From positions 3,840,001-3,904,000 of the forward strand of contig OY776510.1 of the NCBI GenBank assembly GCA_963675665.1: a DNA stretch of 64,000 nt, written 5' to 3'. Source of the DNA: Spirochaetia bacterium. Lineage in GTDB: Bacteria > Spirochaetota > Spirochaetia > UBA9216. Made by a program: the position numbers and the translations under genes. Positions 1-10,822 of this stretch are shown here, piece after piece (position 1 is the stretch's first letter; each line of letters opens with the position of its first letter). The notes beneath the pieces were generated by a model that worked only from the letters and a program-made list of their open reading frames with translations, made no database searches and was not told the DNA's origin.

Positions 1-613
1 GTCCTGCGGCGATTTGAAGCGCAACTATTATGAGTTTATTGTTACAAATCTCAATGTTCCATTTTTATATGTTTTGGGAAATCACAGCCCTTTTTCAATA
101 GAAAAACCTGCACCTCTGTGCTGCAATTCCGAAAATACCGGTTACCCTGATTATGAAAAATGCGGAACACTTTTTAACGGCGGAACACTTGTCGACGGCA
201 GATCCGTATATCTTAAAAAACTCGACCTTATTGTCGCCGGATTCGGCGGATCTGTCAGGTATAATCGCGGAGACAACCAATATACTGAAAACGAAATGCT
301 GTTCAGAATATTGAAACTTATACCGCGGCTTATTTTGAATAAAATAATTCACGGCAGGTATCTCGACATTTTTATAACGCACGCCCCGCCCAGACATGTG
401 AATGATCGCGAAGATCCATGCCACCGGGGATTCAGAGTCTTCCGCTGGTTTATCAGGAATTTCAAACCGAAGTGCATGATTCACGGGCATATTCACCTTT
501 ACAGTTATGATACATCAAGAGAAACAGAATATTCGGATGTTCCGGTTATTAATGCTTACGATCATTATATTCTTAAACTGCCGAAAGAGAGAAACTTTGA
601 TGAAGGAAAATAA
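1..613 (+). CDS. Calcineurin-like metallophosphoesterase (5'-truncated by window edge)
   Basis: Frame is open back to position 2 (SCGDL...). Motifs GD, VLGNH, THAPP and HGHIH. Confidence 0.85.
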   Translation, partial: SCGDLKRNYYEFIVTNLNVPFLYVLGNHSPFSIEKPAPLCCNSENTGYPDYEKCGTLFNGGTLVDGRSVYLKKLDLIVAGFGGSVRYNRGDNQYTENEMLFRILKLIPRLILNKIIHGRYLDIFITHAPPRHVNDREDPCHRGFRVFRWFIRNFKPKCMIHGHIHLYSYDTSRETEYSDVPVINAYDHYILKLPKERNFDEGK

Positions 614-1469
614 TTTTCAGGAATCCGACTATCATTTCAATAAAGCCAGGATGCGCGAATTCAGGGAAAGCATATTCTCGATTCTGCGTCCGGAAAAAAA
701 AGAGCTGCTTTCATTTTATGATATTAAAAAATTAATCAAACCCAAAGCCGAATTTTACAAAGGAGTAAAAACTATTCCCCTGGATAAAATCGTCGGAAGC
801 GAAGGCCGTTATAATGATTTCAACAGGGCCTTTCTGCCCAAACGGGAACACCTCAGAACCCGCTGGCGTGCGATTAATATTGCAGCGCTTGAAGATGTTA
901 ATCTGCCGCCGATAAAAGTTTTTAAAATTGGCGATACTTTTTTTGTACGTGACGGAAACCACCGGGTATCGGTTGCCAGACAGCGCGGACAAATTGATAT
1001 TGATGCCGAAATAACAGAAATTACTTCTGAGATAGAAATGTCGCCGGATATTACAGTTTCCGAATTGCGGAAAAAGGTTATTGCTTATGAGCTGAACCGA
1101 ATACGTGAACGTACCGGTCTGGACAAGTGGATAGACTTTCAGGAAATACAATTTACTTCACCGGGACGTTATGAAGAAATTCTTGGTCATATCATGGGTC
1201 ATCGTGAATACCTGAACCATACATCAATGAAACCGGTAAAGCTTGAACAGGCAGCACACTCATGGTTTTTGACGATTTATCTGCCGATAGTTGATATTAT
1301 TCTGAACGAAGATCTTCTCGACCGTTTCCCGGGCCGGACAAAAGCCGATTTATATGTCTGGGTAATAAAGCACTGGGATGCTCTTGAAAACCGTTATGGT
1401 TCATTCCCGAATATTGCTTCAAAAAAAACGAAAGGAATTTTCAGAAAATTAAAAAACAAGCTACGTTAA
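600..1469 (+). CDS. ParB/Srx-like N-terminal domain protein with DUF4032-like C-terminus
   Basis: IPLDKIVGS...GRYNDF...LPPI...FVRDGNHRVSVA motif; C-terminal 'FPGRTKADLYVWV'. ATG at 600 overlaps the upstream gene end and is preferred over 507. Confidence 0.75.
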   Translation: MKENNFQESDYHFNKARMREFRESIFSILRPEKKELLSFYDIKKLIKPKAEFYKGVKTIPLDKIVGSEGRYNDFNRAFLPKREHLRTRWRAINIAALEDVNLPPIKVFKIGDTFFVRDGNHRVSVARQRGQIDIDAEITEITSEIEMSPDITVSELRKKVIAYELNRIRERTGLDKWIDFQEIQFTSPGRYEEILGHIMGHREYLNHTSMKPVKLEQAAHSWFLTIYLPIVDIILNEDLLDRFPGRTKADLYVWVIKHWDALENRYGSFPNIASKKTKGIFRKLKNKLR

Positions 1470-1636
1470 AAATCGCCCGCCATTCGCAAGTCATTAAGAT
1501 ATAACAGCATAACAGACGGAAATCCGCTTTATTTTTAATAACTGACATTACCAAACTTTACGGCATTGAATTTATGAGTATATAATTATTGATCCGGATA
1601 ATCCGGTTACAGCATGATTTTTAAAAAGGAACCGAT

Positions 1637-2824
1637 ATGAGCAGAGAACTGTTAAATCACCTTGCAGAAGAAACCGGGCAACTTAAAACCAAAGGTTTGT
1701 TTAAAAACGAACGAATAATAAGTTCGCCCCAGAATGCGGAAATAAAACTTGAAGACGGGAGGAAAGTTTTAAATTTCTGTGCAAATAATTATCTTGGACT
1801 GGCGGATAATCCTGACATAATCGAAAGCGCAAAAAAGGGAATGGCTGATTACGGTTACGGATTGTCGTCAGTTCGTTTTATTTGCGGCACACAGACCATC
1901 CACCGCCGTCTTGAAAGAGAAATCAGCAATTATCTCGGAACTGAAGACACAATACTGTATTCTTCCTGTTTCGATGCAAACGGAGGTCTTTTCGAAACCC
2001 TTTTCGGTGAAGAAGATGCAGTAATATCAGATGCCCTTAACCATGCAAGTATAATAGACGGAATCAGGCTCTGCAGGGCCAAACGCTACAGATACGCAAA
2101 CAACAACATGGATGAACTTGAAAAATGCCTGAAGCAGAGTCGTAATAACCGCTTCCGACTGATCGCTACAGACGGAGTCTTTTCAATGGACGGCACCATT
2201 GCCGATCTCAGGGGAATATGCAGGCTTGCCGAACGCCATGATGCACTTGTCATGGTCGACGATTCGCATGCCGTCGGGTTCATCGGTAATACGGGCGCAG
2301 GCACCCCGGAATACTGCGGTGTTTCCGAACAGGTCGATATAGTTACAGGAACCCTGGGGAAAGCCCTGGGCGGGGCTTCCGGCGGATATACATCCGGAAG
2401 AAAAGAAATTATTGAATGGCTGCGTCAGCGATCACGCCCCTATCTTTTTTCAAACTCCCTTTCTCCCGTTATGGTTTCAGCAGCCCTGAAAACCCTGGAA
2501 ATTGTAAGGGAATCCGACAACCTGCGTTCAATACTGACAAAAAATACAGAAACGTTCAGAAGCGGTTTGAAAGCTGCAGGATTTTCAATCATCGACGGAG
2601 TTCACCCTATTGTCCCGCTCATACTGTTCGACGCACCGCTTGCCGTTAAAATGGCGGATATTCTTCTTGAACGCGGAATATATGCTGTAGGATTCAGTTA
2701 TCCTGTTGTCCCGGTTAACCAGGCCCGGATAAGGTTCCAGATGTCTGCCGCCCACAGCACGGCACAGATTAAACAAGCCGTTAAAACAATAACCGAAACC
2801 GGAAAAGATCTTGGAGTAATCTGA
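1637..2824 (+). CDS. kbl: Glycine C-acetyltransferase (2-amino-3-ketobutyrate CoA ligase)
   Basis: [42 protein letters not shown]; AAGGA RBS; adjacent to tdh. Confidence 0.97.
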   Translation: MSRELLNHLAEETGQLKTKGLFKNERIISSPQNAEIKLEDGRKVLNFCANNYLGLADNPDIIESAKKGMADYGYGLSSVRFICGTQTIHRRLEREISNYLGTEDTILYSSCFDANGGLFETLFGEEDAVISDALNHASIIDGIRLCRAKRYRYANNNMDELEKCLKQSRNNRFRLIATDGVFSMDGTIADLRGICRLAERHDALVMVDDSHAVGFIGNTGAGTPEYCGVSEQVDIVTGTLGKALGGASGGYTSGRKEIIEWLRQRSRPYLFSNSLSPVMVSAALKTLEIVRESDNLRSILTKNTETFRSGLKAAGFSIIDGVHPIVPLILFDAPLAVKMADILLERGIYAVGFSYPVVPVNQARIRFQMSAAHSTAQIKQAVKTITETGKDLGVI

Positions 2825-3864
2825 TGGATAACAACAGGATGAAAGCACTCGCAAAAACCAGGCCTGAACCCGGTCTATGGATGATTGACGCTCCGATACC
2901 CGAATGCGGACCGAACGATCTGCTGATAAAAATTCGTGTCACTGCAATCTGCGGCACGGATGTTCATATATACAACTGGAACGAATGGGCGCAGAAGACA
3001 ATTCCTGTCCCGATGATTACCGGCCACGAATTTGCCGGAGTTGTCGAACAAGTCGGCAGTGAGGTGGACGGTTTCACTGTCGGAGACAGAGTCACCGGCG
3101 AAGGGCACCTTACATGCGGTCACTGCCGCAACTGCCGTGCCGGTAAGCGTCATCTATGCCACTATTCAAGCGGTATAGGAGTAAACCGGACAGGCTGTTT
3201 CGCCGAATACCTTGTGCTGCCTGCCTACAACGCCTTCAAGCTGGACGACTATATTCCGGATGACATTGCCGCAGTTTTTGACCCACTTGGGAATGCCGTT
3301 CATACAGCTCTGTCTTTCGATCTTGTAGGCGAAGATGTTCTGATAACCGGGGCCGGACCGATAGGAATAATGGCTGCCGCAGTTGCACGCCATGCCGGCG
3401 CACGTTATGTGATAATCACCGATTTAAATGAATACCGCCTTGAACTTGCACGCGCTTTCGGCGTTACAAGAGCTGTAAATGCCAATCGCGAGAAACTATC
3501 AGACGTTATGAGCGAACTTCATATGCTTGAAGGCTTCGATGTCGGACTTGAAATGTCCGGCAGTCCTGCAGCTCAGAAACAGATGTTTTCGCTTATGAAT
3601 AACGGCGGACGCGTTTCGCTTCTGGGAATACCTGAAGGAATATGCGAGATTAACTGGAACGAGATTATCTTCAAAGGTCTAACTCTCAAGGGTATCTACG
3701 GCCGGGAAATGTTTGAAACCTGGTACAAAATGGCGGCGATGGTAAGAACAGGTCTGAATATCAGACCGATAATCACACATAAAATGCCGGTAGAACACTT
3801 TCTTGAAGGTTTTGAAATCATGCGATCCGGCAAATCCGGCAAAGTACTTCTGCTATGGGAATAA
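2824..3864 (+). CDS. tdh: L-threonine 3-dehydrogenase
   Basis: [38 protein letters not shown]; coupled to kbl. Confidence 0.97.
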   Translation: MDNNRMKALAKTRPEPGLWMIDAPIPECGPNDLLIKIRVTAICGTDVHIYNWNEWAQKTIPVPMITGHEFAGVVEQVGSEVDGFTVGDRVTGEGHLTCGHCRNCRAGKRHLCHYSSGIGVNRTGCFAEYLVLPAYNAFKLDDYIPDDIAAVFDPLGNAVHTALSFDLVGEDVLITGAGPIGIMAAAVARHAGARYVIITDLNEYRLELARAFGVTRAVNANREKLSDVMSELHMLEGFDVGLEMSGSPAAQKQMFSLMNNGGRVSLLGIPEGICEINWNEIIFKGLTLKGIYGREMFETWYKMAAMVRTGLNIRPIITHKMPVEHFLEGFEIMRSGKSGKVLLLWE

Positions 3865-3896
3865 TCCTTATATTTCCGATTAAAATCCAATAAAAA

Positions 3897-3949
3897 TAAA
3901 TTACTTTTTTTATATATCCGATAAAGTTTAAGTTCGCTAAGGACGATAT
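3897..3949 (+). promoter_or_regulatory. Tandem sigma28 (FliA) promoters for flagellin
   Basis: TAAA(3897)-N16-TCCGATAA(3917-3924) and TAAA(3922)-N16-GACGATAT(3942-3949). Confidence 0.7.
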
Positions 3950-4086
3950 AAGAAATAAGGGTAAAACCCGGAGATTTCTAAATAAATCAACCGGATCTTC
4001 CCCTCTGGTATTATTATCGGGAAAAAATTACGCCTGCTTAGTAATATCTGAAAAATTTTTGTTAATAGCTCTGCGTATGCAGGGTC

Positions 4087-4120
4087 GGGCATGGATGCCC
4101 TTATATATTTCCACGGAGGA
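4087..4120 (+). promoter_or_regulatory. CsrA-binding hairpin plus GGA-containing RBS in flagellin leader
   Basis: GGGCA-TGGA-TGCCC stem-loop (4087-4100), then CACGGAGGA RBS. Confidence 0.7.
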
Positions 4121-4124
4121 AAAC

Positions 4125-4985
4125 ATGATTATTAATCACAATGTAAGTGCCATGTTTGCTAACAGACAACTTGGTCACACCAACAAACTGGTCGGAAAGG
4201 ACATGGAAAAACTGTCATCCGGACTCAGAATCAACAGAGCCGGTGATGATGCATCAGGACTTGCTGTATCCGAAAAGATGCGCTCACAGATCAGAGGTTT
4301 AAAACAGGCTTCGGACAATGCAGAAAACGCTATATCCTTTATCCAGGCTACAGAAGGTTATCTCGGAAACACCCAGAGTATTCTTCAGAGAATGAGAGAA
4401 CTTTCAGTTCAGTCTGCAAACGGTATATACAGCGAAGAAGACAGAATGCAGATTCAGGTCGAAATTTCACAGCTCGTAGATGAAGTTGACCGAATTGCGT
4501 CTCACGCACAGTTCAACGGTATGAACATGCTGACCGGCCGTTTTGCTGCCGAAACCGGCGAAAACACAGTTACTGCATCAATGTGGTTTCATATCGGAGC
4601 AAACATCGATCAGAGAGAACGTGTTTATATCGGAACAATGACTTCAACAGCTCTCGGTGTCAGGGAAATCGGAAGTGAGCAGATTCTGTCGCTCGAAACC
4701 CCGGAAAGTTCCAACATGGCTATCGGTGTTATCGACAGTGCTCTCAGAACTGTCAACAAACAGAGAGCAGATCTTGGCGCCTATCAGAACAGACTTGATC
4801 ATGCTGTTCAGGGTCTCGATGTCGGTGCTGAAAATCTTCAGGCTGCTGAATCCAGGATCAGGGACGCTGATATGGCAGAGCAGATGGTTAATTACACAAA
4901 GAACCAGATTCTTGTACAGGCTGGAACAGCAATGCTTGCCCAGGCAAACATGAAAACACAATCTGTATTGCAATTGCTTGGATAA
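4125..4985 (+). CDS. flaB: Periplasmic flagellar core protein (flagellin FlaB)
   Basis: MIINHN...[31 protein letters not shown]; short ~286-aa spirochete type; RBS before 4125. Confidence 0.97.
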   Translation: MIINHNVSAMFANRQLGHTNKLVGKDMEKLSSGLRINRAGDDASGLAVSEKMRSQIRGLKQASDNAENAISFIQATEGYLGNTQSILQRMRELSVQSANGIYSEEDRMQIQVEISQLVDEVDRIASHAQFNGMNMLTGRFAAETGENTVTASMWFHIGANIDQRERVYIGTMTSTALGVREIGSEQILSLETPESSNMAIGVIDSALRTVNKQRADLGAYQNRLDHAVQGLDVGAENLQAAESRIRDADMAEQMVNYTKNQILVQAGTAMLAQANMKTQSVLQLLG

Positions 4986-5200
4986 GGGACTATAATCTTA
5001 GGAGAATAGTACCAATATACTTGGTTGCAAGTTCTTTGAAAAACACCCTCTAGGCATGGTAGAGTGAGGAGATCTTTCGATTTCTGTAAAGGAATCGGAA
5101 TTTCTCCTTGTTGTGCAGGAGACAGGCGGAGTATTTATCCGTTAAGGAGCGGAGGAAGCGCGAGAATCTTCCGGTTTTCTGTACTGCTATGCAAAAAATG

Positions 5201-5236
5201 AAGGCAAGGGATGCCTTCTTAACCTATCAAGGAGGG
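5201..5236 (+). promoter_or_regulatory. CsrA-binding hairpin plus RBS in second flagellin leader
   Basis: AAGGCA-AGGGA-TGCCTT stem-loop (5201-5217), then CAAGGAGGG RBS. Confidence 0.7.
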
Positions 5237-5240
5237 TTAT

Positions 5241-6092
5241 ATGATAATTAATCACAACTTGAGTGCTGAATACGCCAACAGACAATTAGGCGTTAAATCA
5301 TCAGACATGAGCGGCAATCTTGAGAAGCTTAGTTCCGGTATGAGGATCAACAAGGGCGGTGATGACGCTTCCGGTCTGGCAGTATCTGAGAAACTCAGAA
5401 GCCAGATTAGAGGTCTTAATCAGGCTGAAAGAAATATTGAAAACGGTGTTTCTTTTATCCAGACCACCGAAGGGTTCCTTCAGAATACCCAGGACATTCT
5501 TCACAGGCTCCGGGAATTGTCTGTACAATCAGCTAACGGTATCTACACTGAAGAAGACAGAATGCAGATTCAGGTAGAAGTATCGCAGCTTGTTGATGAG
5601 ATTAATAGAATTGCTTCTCATGCCCAGTTTAACGGCATGAACATGTTAACAGGTGCTTTTGCTACAGATTCAGCAACCGGACAGATTATGCAGTTCCAGG
5701 TTGGTGCCAATATGGACCAGAATGAAAGAATTTATGTTGGAACTATGACCGCAGCCGCTCTAGGAATTGAAAATATCCAGGGTGGAGAAGGAACTATCTC
5801 AATCGAAACCCCTGAAGACGCAAATATGGCAATTGGTCTTGTTGACAGCGCACTCAAACAGGTTTCCAAGCAGAGAGCCGATCTTGGTGCTTACCAGAAC
5901 CGGTTCGATACAGCTTCCAAAGGTGTTGCAATTGCAGCAGAAAACCTTCAGGCAGCTGAATCTTCAATCAGAGACGTTGACATGGCAGCCGAGATGTCTG
6001 AATACGTTAAGAACCAGATACTTACACAGTCAAGTACTGCAGTTCTTGCTCAGGCGAACACTCAGCCGCAGTCTATTTTACAGCTTCTTTGA
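5241..6092 (+). CDS. flaB: Flagellin FlaB paralog
   Basis: MIINHN start; conserved flagellin N and C domains; paralog of 4125-4985. Confidence 0.97.
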   Translation: MIINHNLSAEYANRQLGVKSSDMSGNLEKLSSGMRINKGGDDASGLAVSEKLRSQIRGLNQAERNIENGVSFIQTTEGFLQNTQDILHRLRELSVQSANGIYTEEDRMQIQVEVSQLVDEINRIASHAQFNGMNMLTGAFATDSATGQIMQFQVGANMDQNERIYVGTMTAAALGIENIQGGEGTISIETPEDANMAIGLVDSALKQVSKQRADLGAYQNRFDTASKGVAIAAENLQAAESSIRDVDMAAEMSEYVKNQILTQSSTAVLAQANTQPQSILQLL

Positions 6093-6138
6093 TTCAAACT
6101 TTGTAAAAAGATTTCTGGACGTTATCTTTTTACGTTTC

Positions 6139-6168
6139 GGGAGGGGCTCGCGCCCCCTTCCCTCTTTT
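6139..6168 (+). terminator. Probable intrinsic terminator after the flagellin pair
   Basis: GGGAGGGG...CCCCTTCCC GC stem followed by TCTTTT. Confidence 0.65.
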
Positions 6169-6287
6169 AATTACGTTGATTGTCATGTAAACAATCGGCG
6201 TTTCAGCGTTGATAGGTTCGCTGGCATTGCATTGCAATGCAAATGTATACCGGTTTATCCGGTCTGCATCAACCAGGGAGTGGTGAT

Positions 6288-6716
6288 ATGGAAATTGATT
6301 TAATGACTATAAATTCAACTTCTGTGCCAGTAAAAGCGCCGGCCAAAAAACAAACTGACGCTTCTTCTACTTCGAATGAGACATCCAAAGTTAAGGCCCG
6401 AACCGAAGAGACCGTAAAACAGCAGCAGGAGATGAAAGAAACTGCTATAAAACAGCTTGAAGTGGAACTTCAGAAAACGGAAGAACAACGGCAGAGAATT
6501 GACGCAGAAAAATATCTCAAGGAAATAATTAAAATAACAGAGACCTTTAACAGAAAGCTCAAATACAGTATAGATAAGGATTTAGGCCAGGTAATCGTAA
6601 AGGTCGTTGACGCGGAAACCGATAATGTTATAAAGGAGCTCCCTCCGGAAGAGCTGAAAAGGCTGTATGCCAAAATGAAAGAAGCTATTGGATCGATTAT
6701 AGATACCATTATCTGA
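6288..6716 (+). CDS. flaG: Flagellar protein FlaG
   Basis: C-terminal 'LKYSID...VIVKVVDAETDNVIKELPPEE'; lies between flagellin and fliD; GGGAG RBS before 6288. Confidence 0.9.
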   Translation: MEIDLMTINSTSVPVKAPAKKQTDASSTSNETSKVKARTEETVKQQQEMKETAIKQLEVELQKTEEQRQRIDAEKYLKEIIKITETFNRKLKYSIDKDLGQVIVKVVDAETDNVIKELPPEELKRLYAKMKEAIGSIIDTII

Positions 6717-6747
6717 AAAACCGCTCGGAGGGACAGGTTAGCAGCTG

Positions 6748-8742
6748 ATGTCTGATATAACAATCCCCGGTGTAAACAGCGGCCTGAATACAGAAAGTAT
6801 AGTGTCTAAGCTTATGGAGCTTGAGCGAATCCCTTTGGATCGCAAAGAAGACGAGCTTGAAAATTATCAAAATGAAAAGAAAATATGGCAGGATCTGTCT
6901 AAAAACATAACAAAACTTGAGAACTCGGCAAAAAGCCTTTACGGCGCCGAGAACCCTTTTAACGAACGAATTGTTGAATCTTCAAATGAAAAAGCACTCA
7001 CCGCAATAGCAGAAAGAGGAGCTCTTGAGCAGGAAAAAGAAATAACGGTTTTGCAGAAAGCCTCTGCAGATCGCTTTCTTTCAGACTCAATAGATAATGA
7101 TTATGAAGCGCCTTCGGGCACCTACTCGTTTTCCGTCGGCGAAGAAGAGATTAATTTTAATTTCAGGGGAGGTTCAATCAACAGGCTTGCCGAACGGATA
7201 AACAGTCGTGGCCGCGGTATAATCAGAGCCCAGGTTATAAAAGATACCCCTGATACAACCGTTATTCTGCTGGAATCCACAAAGGAAGGTCTTGCAAATC
7301 GTCTTGAATTTAAAGAAGGAACTGCTCTCGAATTTGCGGTATCGTCCGGCATTCTTAAAAGAACCGATTCATCTCTGAGAATCATAACTGCCGGAGATTT
7401 GGAAGGCGCTGCCGGTGTTGAAGAAACTTCCGACGGAAAAACAAAGCTTAACCCCGGAGCTGCCGGTATTTTTAAAATCGATCCGCCGGTAAAGGACAAC
7501 GGCAACCTTGTTCTTGAATTTGAGGTTAAAATAAACGATATTGAAGAAGAAGTCTGGACGCCCCCTGCCCCGCCTGCAGGACCGGACAGCCCTGTTTCAA
7601 CAGGAATCGATTTTAAAGGTATTTATATACAGAACTCGGCCACCGCAATAAGTCTTCCTGCCTGGCAGGCGCCGAAACCCCCGGAAAAAATAGTTGATTT
7701 CGAGATTTTTTCCTCAATATCCGGCCAATCTGAAAAAATTCTTCCTGCGCTTCGTGACACCGGTCAAACACAGAAAATTTCAGTTAAGCTTGCCGATATC
7801 GGAGGGCTTACCGGCGGAATAAAATTCCTTAATAAAAATACATACAAGGAAATCAGTATATCCGATATAAAGATCTTTGATCCTGATGCCCGCGGAGACT
7901 GGGAGCCCGCAAGACCGGTTGAAACAGCCTCAAATTCCAAACTTGAAGTCGACGGCATTGAAATTATTCGTGAAAGTAATACCATTGACGATATTGTTCC
8001 CGGTGTAACTCTTACTATCAAGGGCGAAGATGACGACCCTGTTGATCTGAAAATAACTCCCGATGTTGAACTTATTAAAGACCAGATTATCAGTTTTATC
8101 GGGAATTATAACCGTGTACAGGCTGACCTCGGAATTCTGACGTCAAACGATTCCGATATAATTGCAGAACTTGATTATTTTACAGAGGAAGAAACCGAAA
8201 AAGCCAACGAAAGGCTCGGTCATTTTCAGGGTGATTCAACGCTTGTTCAGATGAAATCGCGCCTTCAGCTGATAATGATGGAACCCTATTCCGCCTCAAC
8301 TGATGAAACACTAAGGCTTCTTTCTCAAATCGGAATTTCAACAAATTCATCTGGCTTCGGCGGAGTAAACAATTCAAAGCTTAGAGGCTATATTGAAATT
8401 GATGAGGATATGCTGGATACTTCACTGGAAAATAATATTCAGAGTGTTAAAGACCTTTTCGGCATTGATTCAGACGGCGACTTAATTATTGACAACGGTG
8501 CAGCATATAAAGCTCAGGAATATATCAAACCTTATATAGGCACAAATGGTATTATTTCATACAGAATGACAAGCCTTGATTCAAGAATTGATCGTACAGA
8601 ACGGGATATTTCAAGTTATGAACTAAAGCTTGAAGACAAGGAAGCTGAGCTTAAAAATAAATATGCGATTATGGAAGGAAACATAAACGCTATGCAGCAG
8701 AATTCAAATGCATTGAATAATCTCAATTATAATAATGATTAG
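6748..8742 (+). CDS. fliD: Flagellar filament cap protein FliD
   Basis: MSDITIPGV, 'SNTIDDIVPGVTLTI', C-terminal coiled coil; long spirochete form. Confidence 0.95.
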   Translation: MSDITIPGVNSGLNTESIVSKLMELERIPLDRKEDELENYQNEKKIWQDLSKNITKLENSAKSLYGAENPFNERIVESSNEKALTAIAERGALEQEKEITVLQKASADRFLSDSIDNDYEAPSGTYSFSVGEEEINFNFRGGSINRLAERINSRGRGIIRAQVIKDTPDTTVILLESTKEGLANRLEFKEGTALEFAVSSGILKRTDSSLRIITAGDLEGAAGVEETSDGKTKLNPGAAGIFKIDPPVKDNGNLVLEFEVKINDIEEEVWTPPAPPAGPDSPVSTGIDFKGIYIQNSATAISLPAWQAPKPPEKIVDFEIFSSISGQSEKILPALRDTGQTQKISVKLADIGGLTGGIKFLNKNTYKEISISDIKIFDPDARGDWEPARPVETASNSKLEVDGIEIIRESNTIDDIVPGVTLTIKGEDDDPVDLKITPDVELIKDQIISFIGNYNRVQADLGILTSNDSDIIAELDYFTEEETEKANERLGHFQGDSTLVQMKSRLQLIMMEPYSASTDETLRLLSQIGISTNSSGFGGVNNSKLRGYIEIDEDMLDTSLENNIQSVKDLFGIDSDGDLIIDNGAAYKAQEYIKPYIGTNGIISYRMTSLDSRIDRTERDISSYELKLEDKEAELKNKYAIMEGNINAMQQNSNALNNLNYNND

Positions 8743-8750
8743 CGGGGAGA

Positions 8751-9671
8751 ATGAGCATGGAGATATTCATTAACGACGAAAAAATAGATTTCAGACTTGA
8801 GAATGAGAATTTTCTTGAAGAAGTCGTATCTGAACTTGAACGTTGGGCTTCGGAAAACAACGTACTCATTCAAAAGATTCTTTATGATCAGAATACATAT
8901 AATTCTGCAAATGAAATTTGCAGACAGTTCCCGGTAGAAAATGTAACATCGCTTAAAATATCAGTTAAAAGCCTTTTTGAGGTTCATCAGGACAATCTTC
9001 AATTGCTATACCAGTTTATAAGCCTTCTTTTAAAGGCAATAGAGGGTCAGAACAACAAGCTGATAGCAGAACTGCAGGCTGAGGTCGAACCGATAGCAAA
9101 CCTTCTGGCAGATTTTCTGGAAGAATCCGTTAATTCTGCCGAATCGGTCAGCAGAACATTTCTTGATAATATACTCAGATATAACCCCGATAACCCGGAC
9201 GCAGATACTGAGCTGCTTGCCAACTTACTTCAACAGCTTAAAGGTTTAAAGATTATTCTCAATGAACGTATGGCTGAACTTGTCGACCCTATTGTTGAAC
9301 TTGGAAAAACAATAACAGCACTCAGACTTTCTCTTGAAGAAATAAATGATATATCGGTCCTTATTCAGTCCGGAAAAGACAGAGATGCGCTTAACAGTAT
9401 AATAAAATATTCAGAAATCAGTCAAAAAACCCTGAGACTCTACCCGATTCTTAAAGGCAGAGGAATATTTGATTTTGAACAGCTTGTTATAGATGGTGTA
9501 AGTATATCCGACTATTATATTGATCTTAACAGCATCCTGTCGGAACTTCTTGAGGCTTTTTCCGCAAATGACAGCGTACTCATTGGAGATCTGCTTGAAT
9601 ATGAGGTTGCTCCCAGACTTGAGAGTCTTACTGATGTTCTTGAGGAAATCCAGAAGGAGCATTTAAAATGA
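8751..9671 (+). CDS. Conserved helical hypothetical protein downstream of fliD
   Basis: 306-aa ORF with RBS; 'DSVLIGDLLEYE' motif. Confidence 0.75.
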   Translation: MSMEIFINDEKIDFRLENENFLEEVVSELERWASENNVLIQKILYDQNTYNSANEICRQFPVENVTSLKISVKSLFEVHQDNLQLLYQFISLLLKAIEGQNNKLIAELQAEVEPIANLLADFLEESVNSAESVSRTFLDNILRYNPDNPDADTELLANLLQQLKGLKIILNERMAELVDPIVELGKTITALRLSLEEINDISVLIQSGKDRDALNSIIKYSEISQKTLRLYPILKGRGIFDFEQLVIDGVSISDYYIDLNSILSELLEAFSANDSVLIGDLLEYEVAPRLESLTDVLEEIQKEHLK

Positions 9672-10783
9672 TTAATTTCCCTCTTTTACAACGATATCTT
9701 CCCAGTATCCAGAGCAGCAGCGGTACAGAGAACTGGATTACATTGGTTGTTATTATTGGGATTATTATCGTAATTATTGCCGCAAGCAGAATCTCGGCTT
9801 CCGGACGCGCGTCTTCCGGCTCAGGAGGCTCGGGTTTGGGCAGTTCAAAACCGCAGAAGTTCAGTCGGCGAAAATTTATCAGAAAATCAACAATAATGGG
9901 CCTTACAAAAGTCCAGGCAAATACGCTTGCAAACCTTGTTTTAAAATACAAAATGAAAAATCCATATATGGTTTTTACACACGGAAACCAGCTTGATGCT
10001 CTGCTGCGAAAATCCATTAGTGAAATAGAATCGCAGGTATCCTCGGATCAGGTGAAAGAAGCCCAGAAAATTACAATTTTTAGAATTAAACAGGCTCTTG
10101 AACGTAATTCGAATAAAAGTAAATCTTTTATATCTACTACCACCATTCCAGCCGGTCAATCAATTGCTATCACTCCCGAAAACGGAGGAAGATACCAGTC
10201 CAAAATTAATACTAATCTCCGCAACTACCTTAGCGCCACAGTACCTGCAGATCCTTCCGGAGCACAGGTCCGCTGGAAGAAATGGACAACAGTAAAAGTA
10301 TTTTTCTGGAAAAAGAACGGACAGGGTTTTACATTTGATTCAAAGGTTACAGGCTACAGTGTAATCAGGGGCGTACCTAGCGTTCTTCTTCAGCATTCCG
10401 GCAAGGTAAAACAGGCACAGCAGCGCAAATTCCGCCGAAAAGAATTAAGCCGTCCGGCGTACTTTTTCCCGGTTAAAATCATTCCTGTAGGTGTCGGCAA
10501 AAAAGCTAAAAAACGGGCTATTGTTGAAAATGACCGTGGGGCACTGGGCACTTTGGTTGATATTTCAGCAGGCGGATGCGCAATAAAATCTACCAAACCA
10601 ATACCAAAAGCCGGTTTGATAAAACTTCAGTTTGAAACGGGTGAAGGACATTCAATCTGGTGTTTCGGTAAGGTGATTAATATCAGAAAAGCACCGCCTC
10701 TCGGCGGAATTATGCATATTGTATTTACAAAAGTAACTCATAAAAACCTTAATTCTATCAATTCGTTTGTATATGATTATTAG
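9668..10783 (+). CDS. Membrane-anchored PilZ-domain (c-di-GMP receptor, YcgR-like) protein
   Basis: N-terminal TM helix; RKFRR (RxxxR) and DISAGG (DxSxxG) motifs. Confidence 0.85.
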   Translation: MINFPLLQRYLPSIQSSSGTENWITLVVIIGIIIVIIAASRISASGRASSGSGGSGLGSSKPQKFSRRKFIRKSTIMGLTKVQANTLANLVLKYKMKNPYMVFTHGNQLDALLRKSISEIESQVSSDQVKEAQKITIFRIKQALERNSNKSKSFISTTTIPAGQSIAITPENGGRYQSKINTNLRNYLSATVPADPSGAQVRWKKWTTVKVFFWKKNGQGFTFDSKVTGYSVIRGVPSVLLQHSGKVKQAQQRKFRRKELSRPAYFFPVKIIPVGVGKKAKKRAIVENDRGALGTLVDISAGGCAIKSTKPIPKAGLIKLQFETGEGHSIWCFGKVINIRKAPPLGGIMHIVFTKVTHKNLNSINSFVYDY

Positions 10784-10822
10784 AATTGATATACTGAAAA
10801 AAAGTAAATATTCGGAGACTGT

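Noticed and set aside
4125-6092. Tandem flagellin duplication as a repeat or phase-variation system
   Set aside because: Multiple divergent flaB paralogs are normal in spirochetes; no invertase or inverted repeats are present.
6222-6236. sigma54-like TGGCA...TTGCA upstream of flaG
   Set aside because: The GG-to-GC spacing is 9 nt, not the required 10.
5767-6303. 178-aa alternative-frame ORF over flaB, and the many other antisense/out-of-frame ORFs in the track
   Set aside because: These are shadow ORFs of well-supported genes, with no RBS or recognisable motifs.
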